A DNA stretch of 64,000 bases. It comes from Kiritimatiellia bacterium. GTDB taxonomy: Bacteria; Verrucomicrobiota; Kiritimatiellia; RFP12; UBA1067. Within the stretch, counting starts at the first letter, position 1. Each line of letters opens with the position of its first letter. The stretch spans positions 1 through 64,000 of the forward strand of contig JBMNFY010000021.1 in the NCBI GenBank assembly GCA_050949565.1, given 5' to 3'. Shown here in pieces: positions 1-10,088 of this stretch. The notes beneath the pieces are model-generated. The model saw nothing but the letters and a program-made list of their open reading frames with translations. It had not been told where the DNA came from and did not search any database. The position numbers and the translations under genes are program-made.

Positions 1-3
1 AAA

Positions 4-1410
4 TCAAGCGTTCGGCAGATAGGCGCCAAAGTCCTTCAGTTTCTTCTGGAGTTCGGGCACGCGGACTCTGCGGATATCACCCGCGCCGTCCGCTGCCATC
101 GCAGCGGCGAAGCCGACGGCCTGCCCCATGATGTAGCACGCCGGCATCACCCGGATCGACGCCTGCACCTTCTGGTCGGTCGAAACGCACCGTCCGGCGA
201 CGAGCAGGTTCTTCACGTCCTTCGCGCAGAGGATACGATAGGGAATGCCGTAGCTCTCGCCCTTCTGATACTTGTAGAGCCGGTCGAACTCCTCGCGGTG
301 TTGCGCGTAAGCCGCCTTGTCCGCGGTCAACGGATGGATGTCGATCGGGTAGGCGTAGCGTCCGATCTCGTCTGGAAAAACCGCGCGCTTTACGTAGTCG
401 TCGAGCGTCATTACATAGTCGCCCGTTATCCGGCGCGTCTCGCGGACGCCCATCAGCGCACCGGTCTCGATAAGGCGGATGTTCTCAAGCCCGTGCTTCA
501 GGTACTCGCTGAAATAGCGCTGATACTCCTGCATCGACTCGCGTCCGCGCAGATAGCCCTTCGTCAGCGAACGTTCGTCCGTGCCGTCCAGATCGTAGAC
601 GTGCCCGATATTGGCGTTCCCAAGACCGTTCGCGGACTTAAAGATGCCCGTCATGTGACGATCCGGAACCTTGAACACGCCGTCCACCAGTGCCCGGTCG
701 ATTTCGGCATTGAACGACAGCCGCCCTTTCCGCCACTGGTCCCAGTCAATGCCGATCCAGGAGGAGAGCAACGACGCCGGCATCATCTTGCCCATCGAAT
801 CGCCCTTCTCGAACGACACGCCCGACTGCACGGCGACGTCACCATTGCCGGTCGCATCAACATAGACCTTCGCCTTCACCGCCCAGATGCCGCTTTGCGA
901 CGCGCAGATGGCATACTGGATCGCGTCACCTTCACGAATGACATCGATGACCTTCGTGTGGAAGAGGAAGTCCGCACCCGACTCGACCATCACCGCGTCA
1001 TATTCGCGCTTAACGGCCTCGAAGTCGAAAGACCCATAGTTGCTGGATATCGCGCCGGCCTTCAAGAGGCGTTCGCGGAAACGCGTTCCGAAACCGGCGG
1101 CGAGCGGACGGATCCCGTCGCCGAACTGCATGTAAACCGGCACCCGGGCGGCCGTACCCATGCCGCCGAAGCAGGTGAACGCCTCCGCCAGAAAGACACG
1201 CGCCCCCGCAGCCCGAGCCGCGACCGCCGCCGCAACGCCGGCCGGACCGCCGCCACAGACCATGACATCCGTCTCGATCTTGACGGGGAAAGTGCGCGAA
1301 TACGTCACCTGCCCGTTACGCACGGCCGGTGTCTCCGCCCGTACGCCAAACGGAATCCCACTCCCCATCGCGGCAACCGCCGCCCCTTTCAAGAACCCGC
1401 GTCTGTCCAT
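4..1410 (-). CDS. Tat-exported FAD-dependent oxidoreductase (FAD_oxidored family)
   Basis: Twin-arginine signal MDRRGFLK; GGGPAG Rossmann motif; VDATGNGD, GVRETRRI and LLVAGRCVS family motifs. Confidence 0.85.
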   Translation of the reverse strand: MDRRGFLKGAAVAAMGSGIPFGVRAETPAVRNGQVTYSRTFPVKIETDVMVCGGGPAGVAAAVAARAAGARVFLAEAFTCFGGMGTAARVPVYMQFGDGIRPLAAGFGTRFRERLLKAGAISSNYGSFDFEAVKREYDAVMVESGADFLFHTKVIDVIREGDAIQYAICASQSGIWAVKAKVYVDATGNGDVAVQSGVSFEKGDSMGKMMPASLLSSWIGIDWDQWRKGRLSFNAEIDRALVDGVFKVPDRHMTGIFKSANGLGNANIGHVYDLDGTDERSLTKGYLRGRESMQEYQRYFSEYLKHGLENIRLIETGALMGVRETRRITGDYVMTLDDYVKRAVFPDEIGRYAYPIDIHPLTADKAAYAQHREEFDRLYKYQKGESYGIPYRILCAKDVKNLLVAGRCVSTDQKVQASIRVMPACYIMGQAVGFAAAMAADGAGDIRRVRVPELQKKLKDFGAYLPNA

Positions 1411-1678
1411 TCCCGTATCCTTTCAAAACCCCATGTTGTCCGTTGTTCAGAAATCGCCATTCATCCGCTTCTCGATGGCGCACCTTGATCCGATGCGGCC
1501 AGCAGGACAAACCGGCCACAGGTTTCTCTCCCGTATAGAAGATTTTGGGATTTGGTGCAAGGATAACTTGATTGGGGATAATTGGTTTTGCTGATTATGT
1601 TTTATGTAGCCTGACGCCCGCTTTGCATCGCATTGTGGAACTTGGTACACTGGGCGCGGGACAATGAAAGGGAATTTT

Positions 1679-4600
1679 ATGAACATCGGTAGAATCACGG
1701 TCTTTGCGGTTTCGTTGCAACTCGCGTCTTTGACGCTACTGGGGCAGGTCAACCTGCTGACCAACGGACATTTCGAGGTGGGCGAGAAGACTCCGGTCGG
1801 CTGGACGCTGGCCAAGAAAGGCGGCGATTGGTTGCGCACAGAGGGCATCGACGGCAGTGCGTGCATAGCGGTCAGCGGCGACGGTGAGGGCGACAATGCG
1901 TGGCTGTCGGACCCGGTGGAGTTCAAGCCCGGTCATCTCTACCGGCTCTCTTTTTTGGCGCGCGCTGGTGAGGCAAGCGGTGGGACCGCAGTCAGCGGAC
2001 CGTCGTTCGCGAACGTGGATGTCGGCGTGCCGAGTACGACGTGGCGGCTCTACGAGCATGTTTTTGCGGTGCCGATGCGTAAGGAGCAATTGACAGCACC
2101 GGTGCGCCTCGGCCAGTGGCACGTGAAGGGGCAGATCTTTTTTGATGCGGTGCGTGTCGCGCCGGTGATCGCGGTGCATACACCGCTCGGCGAGTCCGCG
2201 CTGGGCGAAGGAGAACGGCGTGATGGCCGTCGCTACCGCTTCAACGCACCGCTGAACGGCGAGGGACGCAACCATAGCCGTCCGCTGTTGGGTTTCACGG
2301 CGGGCTTCAACAGTGATCGCTGGTGTTTCGGCGAGGGGAGCTTCGTGACCTACCGACATGATGGCGGCGGGCGTCCGTTGCTCAACGGCATGATCGAGGT
2401 GAATAGTGGTTACTATGTCTCGGGGCGGTTGGTGATCGATGTCTCGAAGGACGGCAAGGCGTGGGAGCATGTAGGACAGCTCACCAACAGCGGCGCGGTG
2501 AAGATCGACCTGCCCGCCACGTTGTTCCCGGCCGAGTTGCTCTGGGTGCGGTTGCGCGGTGCAAAGTCGCCTTGCAACCTGCAGGTGCACGGATACCACT
2601 TTGAGGGCGATGTCGAGGGCGATCCGATTACACTCACAGGCTCGACGCGATATATCGAGACCGAAACCCATGAACCGCGCGTGCGGGTGACAGTGCGGGG
2701 CGTGGGCGAGGCGCTGCCGGGCGGTGCCAACCAAGTGGACCTGCGTGTGCAAAATGCGACCGGCGCACCCTTGGAGACACAGGCGCGCGTGATCTTTTCC
2801 CATCCGGGCGATGTTCCACGTACCAATGCGGTCGATGTGAGTTTTCCCGGCGGCGGTGCTTATGACGTGCAAATCCCTTACGAGGTACCAGGGGTCGGCC
2901 TGTGGCAGATGGCCGTCGAACTGGGCGACGCCTTCACGGCGCGCAGTTCGATCCATGTGCCGGAGTTCTACGATGACAGCTATGGCGAGTTGCTGCCGTC
3001 CAACCATCCCGCACTCAATCTCTGGCGCGCATCATCGGGCTGGAAAATCCCCGAATACCGCGCGCTGCCGCGCCAGATCGCCAAGGCGTTGTCGCTGCGG
3101 CTGGCCGCGAATGAGATGGAGGCGGTGCAGTTGGTGGTTGCACCGAATATCGCGCTCACAAATGTGACGGTGTCGGTGTCTGACTTGCGGTCTGGTTCGC
3201 ATGTGATCGACGCAAGCCAGATTCAGATCCTGCAAGTCGGCTACGTACCGGTGACGCACAAGACCGACCGCACCAGTACCCTCGCAAACTGGCCGGACCC
3301 GCTGCTGCCGCAGACCGCATCGACGATTCTGCCGCCCGGCCGCCAGCAACCGTACTGGATCCGCGTCAAGGCACCGCGCGAGGCCGCGCCGGGCATCTAC
3401 CGCGGCACAGTCACGGTCCAGGCGGACGGCGTGAGCGTCACGGCGGGGCTGAATGTCGAAGTCTACGGCTTTGCGCTACCCGACACGCTGACCTGTGAAA
3501 CCGCGTTCGGCTTCAGTCCGTCGACCGTCTGGCGCTACCATGGTGTACGCGAGCCGGAGCAACGCCGCACCGTACTGGACGCCTATCTGCGCGCGCTTGG
3601 CGAACACGGCATCTCCGTCTACAACCCCGCGCCACTGGATGGCTGGAGCGTAAGCTGGACGGGCGCGAACCCCTGGCAGGGCGGACGCATCGTGACAGAT
3701 GTGAAAGCAGAGGGCAAGGGGTCGCTGCAGATCGTGGACGACAGCCCGAGCGCTAACGTGAGTGCGCGCTATCCCCACGCGGTCGCGTTGCCCGAGAAGG
3801 GATTCAAGATCACGTTCATGCACCGCACCGACGTCCCCCACCCCTTCCTTTTCTCGATCAACTATCTGGGGGCGGACGGCAAATGGATGCCGGGGCGCAA
3901 CACAGATATCCGCGTGAATGGCACCCCAGAGTGGCAGCGTTTTGAGACGGTGTACGCCAAATTCCCCGCCGGTGCTAAGGCGTGCCACTTCACCCTGTAT
4001 GCGGCCGAATACAAAGAGCCGGGGGTGACCACGGGCACGCTGTGGGTGGACGCGCTCTCCGTGGTGGATGCGGAGACCGGCAAGGAGTTGGTAGCGGGCG
4101 GCGACTTCGAGCCGCTGGACGTTGCCGCCATGACGCCGGTGTTTGACTGGACGCGCTGGGACGCCGCGATGGAGCATGCCTTCGAGGTGTACCACATGAA
4201 CACCTTCCGGATAGGGATACACGGGCTCGGCGGCGGCACGTTTCATTCGAGGTATGAGCCGACCTTCATGGGCTACCCGGAAACCGTGCCCGAGTACGAC
4301 ATCCTGTTCGGCAAATATCTGCGTGGGATCGAGGCGCACCTCAAGGAGAAAGGCTGGCTGGACAAAGCGTTCGTCTACTGGTTCGATGAGCCGGATCCCA
4401 AGGATTACGCATTTGTGATGAATGGGTTCCAAAAGCTCAAGCGCCATGCGCCCGGTCTGCGCCGCATGCTGACCGAGCAGGTCGAAGAAGAGTTGGTCGG
4501 CGGCCCCAACCTCTGGTGCCCGCTGACACCGTCGCTGAACGTGCCGGGTGCGGAGGAGCGGCGCGCGGCGGGCGATCAGTTCTGGTGGTATGTCTGCTGC

Positions 4601-5161
4601 GGGCCGAAGGCGCCGTACGTGACCGAGTTCATTGACCACCCCGGCACAGAGATGCGCTTGTGGCTGTGGCAGACATGGGCGGAACGTGTCACCGGCATTC
4701 TCATCTGGGAGACGGTGTACTGGACCAGCAACGCTGCGTATCCAGATCCGCAAGAGCCGCAGAACCCGTATCTGGATCCGATGAGCTGGGTGTCTGGATA
4801 CGACTTCAAACCCGGCACCAAGCAAGCGTGGGGCAATGGCGACGGGCGCTTCCTCTATCCGCCCCTTGCTGCGGCGAACGGCAAGCCGACGGCACCGGTA
4901 CTGGATCCGCCGGTCATCAGCTTCCGCTTGGCGATGCTGCGCGATGGCCTTGAGGACTACGAGTATTTCGTGATACTGAAACGTCTGCTCGCGGAAAAAG
5001 GCGCAGGTCTGACACCGCGCGAGCGTGAGAATCTCACAGCGTTGCTGACGGTACCGACCGATGTCTCCGCCAGCCTGACGAGTTTCACGACTGATCCGGC
5101 GCCGATGGAGACGCACCGCGACAAACTGGCTAGAGCGATTGTGATGCTGCTGAAGCGGTGA
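1679..5161 (+). CDS. Secreted DUF4091/GH123-like glycoside hydrolase with CBM4/9-like modules
   Basis: Signal peptide; NLLTNGHFE carbohydrate-binding-like start; WFDEP, WWYVCCGP, GDGRFLYP and MLRDGLEDYEY motifs. Confidence 0.75.
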   Translation: MNIGRITVFAVSLQLASLTLLGQVNLLTNGHFEVGEKTPVGWTLAKKGGDWLRTEGIDGSACIAVSGDGEGDNAWLSDPVEFKPGHLYRLSFLARAGEASGGTAVSGPSFANVDVGVPSTTWRLYEHVFAVPMRKEQLTAPVRLGQWHVKGQIFFDAVRVAPVIAVHTPLGESALGEGERRDGRRYRFNAPLNGEGRNHSRPLLGFTAGFNSDRWCFGEGSFVTYRHDGGGRPLLNGMIEVNSGYYVSGRLVIDVSKDGKAWEHVGQLTNSGAVKIDLPATLFPAELLWVRLRGAKSPCNLQVHGYHFEGDVEGDPITLTGSTRYIETETHEPRVRVTVRGVGEALPGGANQVDLRVQNATGAPLETQARVIFSHPGDVPRTNAVDVSFPGGGAYDVQIPYEVPGVGLWQMAVELGDAFTARSSIHVPEFYDDSYGELLPSNHPALNLWRASSGWKIPEYRALPRQIAKALSLRLAANEMEAVQLVVAPNIALTNVTVSVSDLRSGSHVIDASQIQILQVGYVPVTHKTDRTSTLANWPDPLLPQTASTILPPGRQQPYWIRVKAPREAAPGIYRGTVTVQADGVSVTAGLNVEVYGFALPDTLTCETAFGFSPSTVWRYHGVREPEQRRTVLDAYLRALGEHGISVYNPAPLDGWSVSWTGANPWQGGRIVTDVKAEGKGSLQIVDDSPSANVSARYPHAVALPEKGFKITFMHRTDVPHPFLFSINYLGADGKWMPGRNTDIRVNGTPEWQRFETVYAKFPAGAKACHFTLYAAEYKEPGVTTGTLWVDALSVVDAETGKELVAGGDFEPLDVAAMTPVFDWTRWDAAMEHAFEVYHMNTFRIGIHGLGGGTFHSRYEPTFMGYPETVPEYDILFGKYLRGIEAHLKEKGWLDKAFVYWFDEPDPKDYAFVMNGFQKLKRHAPGLRRMLTEQVEEELVGGPNLWCPLTPSLNVPGAEERRAAGDQFWWYVCCGPKAPYVTEFIDHPGTEMRLWLWQTWAERVTGILIWETVYWTSNAAYPDPQEPQNPYLDPMSWVSGYDFKPGTKQAWGNGDGRFLYPPLAAANGKPTAPVLDPPVISFRLAMLRDGLEDYEYFVILKRLLAEKGAGLTPRERENLTALLTVPTDVSASLTSFTTDPAPMETHRDKLARAIVMLLKR

Positions 5162-5199
5162 GAGGAGAAGCCCAAAAAATGACAGGCCAAGGAGGATGG

Positions 5200-6195
5200 A
5201 TGAAGCGAAAGATCGGAAGTGTGATGGCGGGAGTATGTGCGGCAGGCTGTGTGATGGCTGCGTCGCCCTTCGAGGGCGCATGGTGCCTGACCTCCCCGTC
5301 CGGCGGCGCGGTCTGGATGCACGTGGAGATGAATCAGGGCGCACCATCCGTCAAAGCCATGTGGGAGATCGGCGGCGTCGAGCCGATCAAGCAAGCCGCG
5401 CTCGAAGGCGAAGTGCTCGTCATGGAGCGACCGCACGACCGTTGGTATATGACGGCCAAGGGCATGCGGCGCGATATCCTCGGGACCGACACGTTGCGCG
5501 CGACCGTACAGGGCGACGCCATGACGATCGAACTGACGCGCGCACTCAAAGACGGCACCCGGCTGCCCGTGCAAACGATGCGCGGCAAGCGGCAAGCGCC
5601 GCTACCGCCCCGCCCTGATCTGGCGACGTTGCGTTTCGCTGAGCCGATCGCGCTTTTCGACGGTCAGAGCCTGTCGGGATGGCGCCTGACAAATCCCACC
5701 GACAACAACGCCTGGTCGGCGCGCGACGGCATGCTGGTGAACACGCCGCAATTGGAAGAGGGGCCGACGGCAAAACAGTTCGGCAACATCCGCACTGATC
5801 GCGAATTCGAGGATTTCCGTCTCACGCTGGAAGTCCGGTTGCCGAAAGGCGGCAACAGCGGCATTTATCTGCGCGGCCGCTACGAGGTGCAGGTGTGCGA
5901 CTACCACGGCCGGCCACCGAGCTGGGGCGGCATCGGCGGCGTCTACTCCCGCATCGTCCCGCTGGAGAACGCCGCTCGTCCGGCGGGCGAATGGCAGACG
6001 TTCGACATCATTTTGGCCGACCGCCACATCACCGTCCGGTTGAATGACCGCCTCGTGATCGACAACCATCCGCTCGAAGGTTGCACCGGCGGAGCCTTGA
6101 CCTCAGACGACACCCTGCCGGGACCGATCTACTTCCAAGGCGACCATACATCGGTCGAGTATCGTAACATCATGCTCTATCCACGTATCAAGTGA
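5200..6195 (+). CDS. DUF1080 (3-keto-disaccharide hydrolase-like) secreted protein
   Basis: LFDGQSLSGW, GNSGIYLRG and GPIYFQGDH motifs; GGAGG RBS upstream. Confidence 0.8.
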   Translation: MKRKIGSVMAGVCAAGCVMAASPFEGAWCLTSPSGGAVWMHVEMNQGAPSVKAMWEIGGVEPIKQAALEGEVLVMERPHDRWYMTAKGMRRDILGTDTLRATVQGDAMTIELTRALKDGTRLPVQTMRGKRQAPLPPRPDLATLRFAEPIALFDGQSLSGWRLTNPTDNNAWSARDGMLVNTPQLEEGPTAKQFGNIRTDREFEDFRLTLEVRLPKGGNSGIYLRGRYEVQVCDYHGRPPSWGGIGGVYSRIVPLENAARPAGEWQTFDIILADRHITVRLNDRLVIDNHPLEGCTGGALTSDDTLPGPIYFQGDHTSVEYRNIMLYPRIK

Positions 6196-6201
6196 GAAAC
6201 A

Positions 6202-8766
6202 ATGGCTGCAAAATCGGCATGGGGATGGGTATTAGCGGGTGTCTGGGCGGCATGTGCCGTAGCAGCTGAGCCGTTGTCGGCGCAGCGCCTTGATGCGCTG
6301 AGCGCGCGCTACGGCGTTGACACCCTGCGCGAGTATCGTCTGCTCGAACGCGAGCGTACGCAGAAGCCCCGCACACACAACGGGATTTTTGATGAAGCCG
6401 CGCGACGCAACCAAGCCTTCCATCCGCAGGCAACGATTCTGCCGGAAGACCGCGACCCGCTCGACATTGTGTTGCGTCGTACGCGCGCACTGTTCGAGGA
6501 CCTCGCACGGCGGACCGACCTCGCCCCGCAAGGCGAACGGCTCGCCGCCTTAGAGCAAGCAACCGCACGCGTGCAGCCCGACGCGCTGGAGGCGCGGATT
6601 GAACTGTTGCAACGCCTATTGGACTTACGCCGCGAAATCGCATTCGCCAATCCGCTGCTGACGTCGATCTCTAAGATTCTGTTTATCACGCGTGAAGCCC
6701 TCCCGCCGGACGAGTACCACTGGGGCGTACACATGTGCGACCAGTATTTCGGGTTTCACGCCACGTTGCATGGCACCACACAGGGGAACGGCCTCTATGT
6801 GCTGGAGGCACCTTGGTCGGCGCAGCCGCACGCGCGCAACCTGCTCGCCGAATCAACGGTCGTGGCGGGACCGCGCCGCGGCGAACGCTTGGAAAACGGT
6901 GGCTTTCTCGCGCCGGACGTATCGTACGACGGCCGGCAGATTCTCTTCGCTTACACCGACGGCGACCCCGCGATCCGAGTCTGGAACACACGCACGACCT
7001 TTCACATCTTCCGCTGCAACGCCGATGGCTCCGGCCTCGTGCAGCTTACGGACGGCCCGATGAACGATTTCGATCCATGCTGGCTGCCGAACGGGCGGAT
7101 CGCCTTCATTTCAGAACGGCGCGGCGGCTTCGGCCGTTGCCACCGGCGCGAGGTCCCCACCTTCACACTGCACAGCATGTTCGATGATGGCTCGGACATC
7201 GTGGCCCTGAGCGCTCACGAGACCAACGAATGGCAGCCGAGTGTCGACAATAACGGCATGATCGTTTACACGCGCTGGGATTATGTGGATCGCGGCTTCA
7301 ATCAGGCGCACCACCCTTGGATCACCTACCCCGACGGACGCGACGCGCGTGAGTTGAACGGCAACACGCACCTTTCGGAACGTACCGCGCCGCACATGAT
7401 CATGGACATCCGCGCGATCCCCGGGTCCTCCAAATACGTGGCCGTTGCCTGCGGGCACCATACGGAAGCGCGCGGGTCGCTGATCGTGATCGATACCTCG
7501 GTAGCCGACGACGGCGCGATGTCGCAGATCCGGCGGCTCACGCCTGACCAACTGTTGCCGGAGGCGGAGTTTTACGATTGGCGGACGGCCAAGGGATCGG
7601 CCGCCTACGCTTCTCCATGGCCGCTGAGCGAAACGTATTACCTGTGCGTGTACGATGGCAATGCGAACTCCCAGTACGGCGCGATCGACTGTTCAAAGCG
7701 GCGTTATGCGGTGACGCTGCTGGATGCCTTCGGCAACAAGATACCGCTTTACACGCATCCGCAGATCTCCTGCCTCAGTCCGATGCCGCTACACGCGCGG
7801 CCCCGCCCGCCGGTGCTGACGCATGGCACGCTGGTGGGGCGTCCCTGTCTGCCGGACGGCACGAAGCCTGCGCCGGTGTCGGATGAACAGTTACCGAAAA
7901 CCGCAACCATCGGTCTGGTGAATGTCTACAACTCGCGTCGGCCATTTCCGGAAGGCACACGCATCGCGGCGTTGCGCGTGTGGCAGATCCTGCCGAAGCT
8001 CAAACCGATGGTCGGCGAACCACGGCTCGGTGTTTGCGACCAGACCCCCGGACGGCAGTACCTCGGGAGTGTACCGGTCGAGGAGGACGGCAGCGCACTT
8101 TTCGAGGCACCTGCCGGAGTTCCGATCCTCTTCCATGCAGTGAACGAACGCGGCGTCGCTGTGCAGGGCATGCGCAGCGTGACCTATGTCGCGCCCGGCG
8201 AGACCCTGATGTGCAACGGCTGCCACGAAGCGCGTACCGGGGCGGCCATAAGCGGACTGCGCGCCGCCGCCTCACCGCTGGCCATGCGGCGTCCGCCATC
8301 GCGCCTGACCGCGGGGCCGGACGGCTCCAATCCCTACAACTATCCCCGGCTGGTACAGCCGGTACTTGACGCCAAGTGCGTCGGCTGTCACGGTGAAACG
8401 CGCAAAGCCTCGATGCCGGATCTGCGGCGCGGCGATCCGGGCAAGAACCGCTTCGCATTCTTCACCTCGTTTTACAGTCTGGTGCCCTATCTTCAGTATT
8501 TCACCCATGCCTACCGCGGCGACTGGTCCAAGGTCGGCGTGCAGCGCGACGCATTCGTACCGCCGCACACCGAACCGGGCAAGTTCGGCGCGATGGCCTC
8601 ACCCCTGCACACGCTTCTGGAAAAGGGGCATCACGATGTCGTGTTGACGGCGGAAGAGCGATTGCGGTTGTTGCTCTTCATGGATTCAAACGCCTCATAC
8701 TTCGGTCACGATCACAACATCACGGCACAAGCCCGTGGCGATCGCGTTCCCCCGGTTTTACAATGA
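6202..8766 (+). CDS. Secreted beta-propeller protein with hydrazine-synthase-alpha-like middle domain and two CxxCH motifs
   Basis: PD40-like repeats (DFDPCWLPNGRIAFISER, YTRWDYVDR); GSVPVEEDGSALF; CNGCH and CVGCH. Confidence 0.75.
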   Translation: MAAKSAWGWVLAGVWAACAVAAEPLSAQRLDALSARYGVDTLREYRLLERERTQKPRTHNGIFDEAARRNQAFHPQATILPEDRDPLDIVLRRTRALFEDLARRTDLAPQGERLAALEQATARVQPDALEARIELLQRLLDLRREIAFANPLLTSISKILFITREALPPDEYHWGVHMCDQYFGFHATLHGTTQGNGLYVLEAPWSAQPHARNLLAESTVVAGPRRGERLENGGFLAPDVSYDGRQILFAYTDGDPAIRVWNTRTTFHIFRCNADGSGLVQLTDGPMNDFDPCWLPNGRIAFISERRGGFGRCHRREVPTFTLHSMFDDGSDIVALSAHETNEWQPSVDNNGMIVYTRWDYVDRGFNQAHHPWITYPDGRDARELNGNTHLSERTAPHMIMDIRAIPGSSKYVAVACGHHTEARGSLIVIDTSVADDGAMSQIRRLTPDQLLPEAEFYDWRTAKGSAAYASPWPLSETYYLCVYDGNANSQYGAIDCSKRRYAVTLLDAFGNKIPLYTHPQISCLSPMPLHARPRPPVLTHGTLVGRPCLPDGTKPAPVSDEQLPKTATIGLVNVYNSRRPFPEGTRIAALRVWQILPKLKPMVGEPRLGVCDQTPGRQYLGSVPVEEDGSALFEAPAGVPILFHAVNERGVAVQGMRSVTYVAPGETLMCNGCHEARTGAAISGLRAAASPLAMRRPPSRLTAGPDGSNPYNYPRLVQPVLDAKCVGCHGETRKASMPDLRRGDPGKNRFAFFTSFYSLVPYLQYFTHAYRGDWSKVGVQRDAFVPPHTEPGKFGAMASPLHTLLEKGHHDVVLTAEERLRLLLFMDSNASYFGHDHNITAQARGDRVPPVLQ

Positions 8767-8839
8767 TTGCTAGGCAGGATATGATACTCCTCGAAGCCCA
8801 TCACGCGTCTGCGCGTGTTCGCTGTGTTCGCTGGCCCCA

Positions 8840-9121
8840 ATGGAACTGACAAAAGAAATGAAAAAAACTCTGGCGTTCATCAACGTGGCAACTGCGATCG
8901 TCATCATGTGCTTGACGATTTGGACGGCATTGTCTCTAGGCTTCATTGGCAAGGATGTCGCACCGCTCATCATTGGGGGATCTGACGGCCCAACAGCAAT
9001 CTGGTTGGCCACGGACAACTTGAATGCGCTTTATGCTCTTCCTGTGCTCTTCTGCGTGCTTCTAATAGCAAACGCTTATGCGCTCTGCAAATCAACCAAA
9101 AAAGCCTCAACCGAAGCGTGA
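8840..9121 (+). CDS. Small two-TM membrane protein with OadB-like IIGGxDGPT motif
   Basis: 93-aa AT-richer ORF; two hydrophobic stretches flank IIGGSDGPTAIWL. Confidence 0.6.
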   Translation: MELTKEMKKTLAFINVATAIVIMCLTIWTALSLGFIGKDVAPLIIGGSDGPTAIWLATDNLNALYALPVLFCVLLIANAYALCKSTKKASTEA

Positions 9122-9179
9122 CCGAACAACCTGCGCCGTGCGGCAGCCGTCCTCCACGGCGCACTATTGGAATCCACTG

Positions 9180-9968
9180 ATGAATAACAAAGACCTCGAA
9201 TTCTTCCGCTCCAAACGCGCCTTCGTCTGCGACATGGACGGCGTGATCTACCACGGCAATCGTCTGTTGCCCGGCGCAACGGAGTTTGTTGACTGGCTCC
9301 ACCGCGAAAACAAGGAGTTCCTCTTCCTGACCAACAGCAGCGAGCGCACGCCGCGGGAACTCCGCGAAAAACTGAATCGGCTCGGTATCGATGTCGAAGA
9401 AAAACACTTCTATACCAGTGCGCTGGCAACCGCCTCGTTCTTAGCCTCGCAGAAGGCGGGCGGCTCGGCCTACGTGATCGGCCAGCCGGGACTCACCCAC
9501 GCCCTCTATGATGCCGGTTACTCGATGAATGACAACGACCCCGACTACGTGGTGGTCGGCGAGACGCCCGAGTACACCTATGCACGTATTGTGCGCGCCA
9601 TCCGCCACGTGCTCAACGGCGCCAAGCTGATCGGCACCAATCCAGATGTCACCGGTCCGATGGAAGAAGGACTGGTACCCGCCACCGGCGCACTCATGGC
9701 ACCCATCGAACTGGCGACTAACGCCAAGGCCTATTATGTCGGTAAGCCAAACCCCCTGATCATGCGCCACGCACTCAAAAAACTCGGCGTGCAGCGCGAA
9801 GAGACGGTGATCGTGGGTGACCGTATGGACACCGACATCATCGCGGGCATCGAGTCAGAGATCGCCACAATCCTCGTGATGAGCGGCGTCACCAACGAGC
9901 GCGAAATGCGGCGCTTCGCCTACCAGCCCGACGGCGTGCTCGCCGGCGTCGGCGAGATACCGGGGTGA
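9180..9968 (+). CDS. nagD: HAD-IIA family hydrolase (NagD-like)
   Basis: DMDGVIY, LTNSS, GKPNP and GDRMDTDI motifs. Confidence 0.85.
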   Translation: MNNKDLEFFRSKRAFVCDMDGVIYHGNRLLPGATEFVDWLHRENKEFLFLTNSSERTPRELREKLNRLGIDVEEKHFYTSALATASFLASQKAGGSAYVIGQPGLTHALYDAGYSMNDNDPDYVVVGETPEYTYARIVRAIRHVLNGAKLIGTNPDVTGPMEEGLVPATGALMAPIELATNAKAYYVGKPNPLIMRHALKKLGVQREETVIVGDRMDTDIIAGIESEIATILVMSGVTNEREMRRFAYQPDGVLAGVGEIPG

Positions 9969-10088
9969 TAACCTAACGCGGGCGTAGCCCGCAATCCAAT
10001 TTAATTAGTTAATTAGCCCGCCGCCCGCGCTTCGCACGGGAATGTAAATGTTGCGTACGCACAAAGCACACGCTCGACTCGCATGTCC

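Noticed and set aside
298-1488. 396-aa plus-strand ORF
   Set aside because: Antisense shadow of the FAD oxidoreductase; no motifs
3476-5347. 623-aa minus-strand ORF
   Set aside because: Antisense shadow of the DUF4091 gene, expected from GC-rich codon bias
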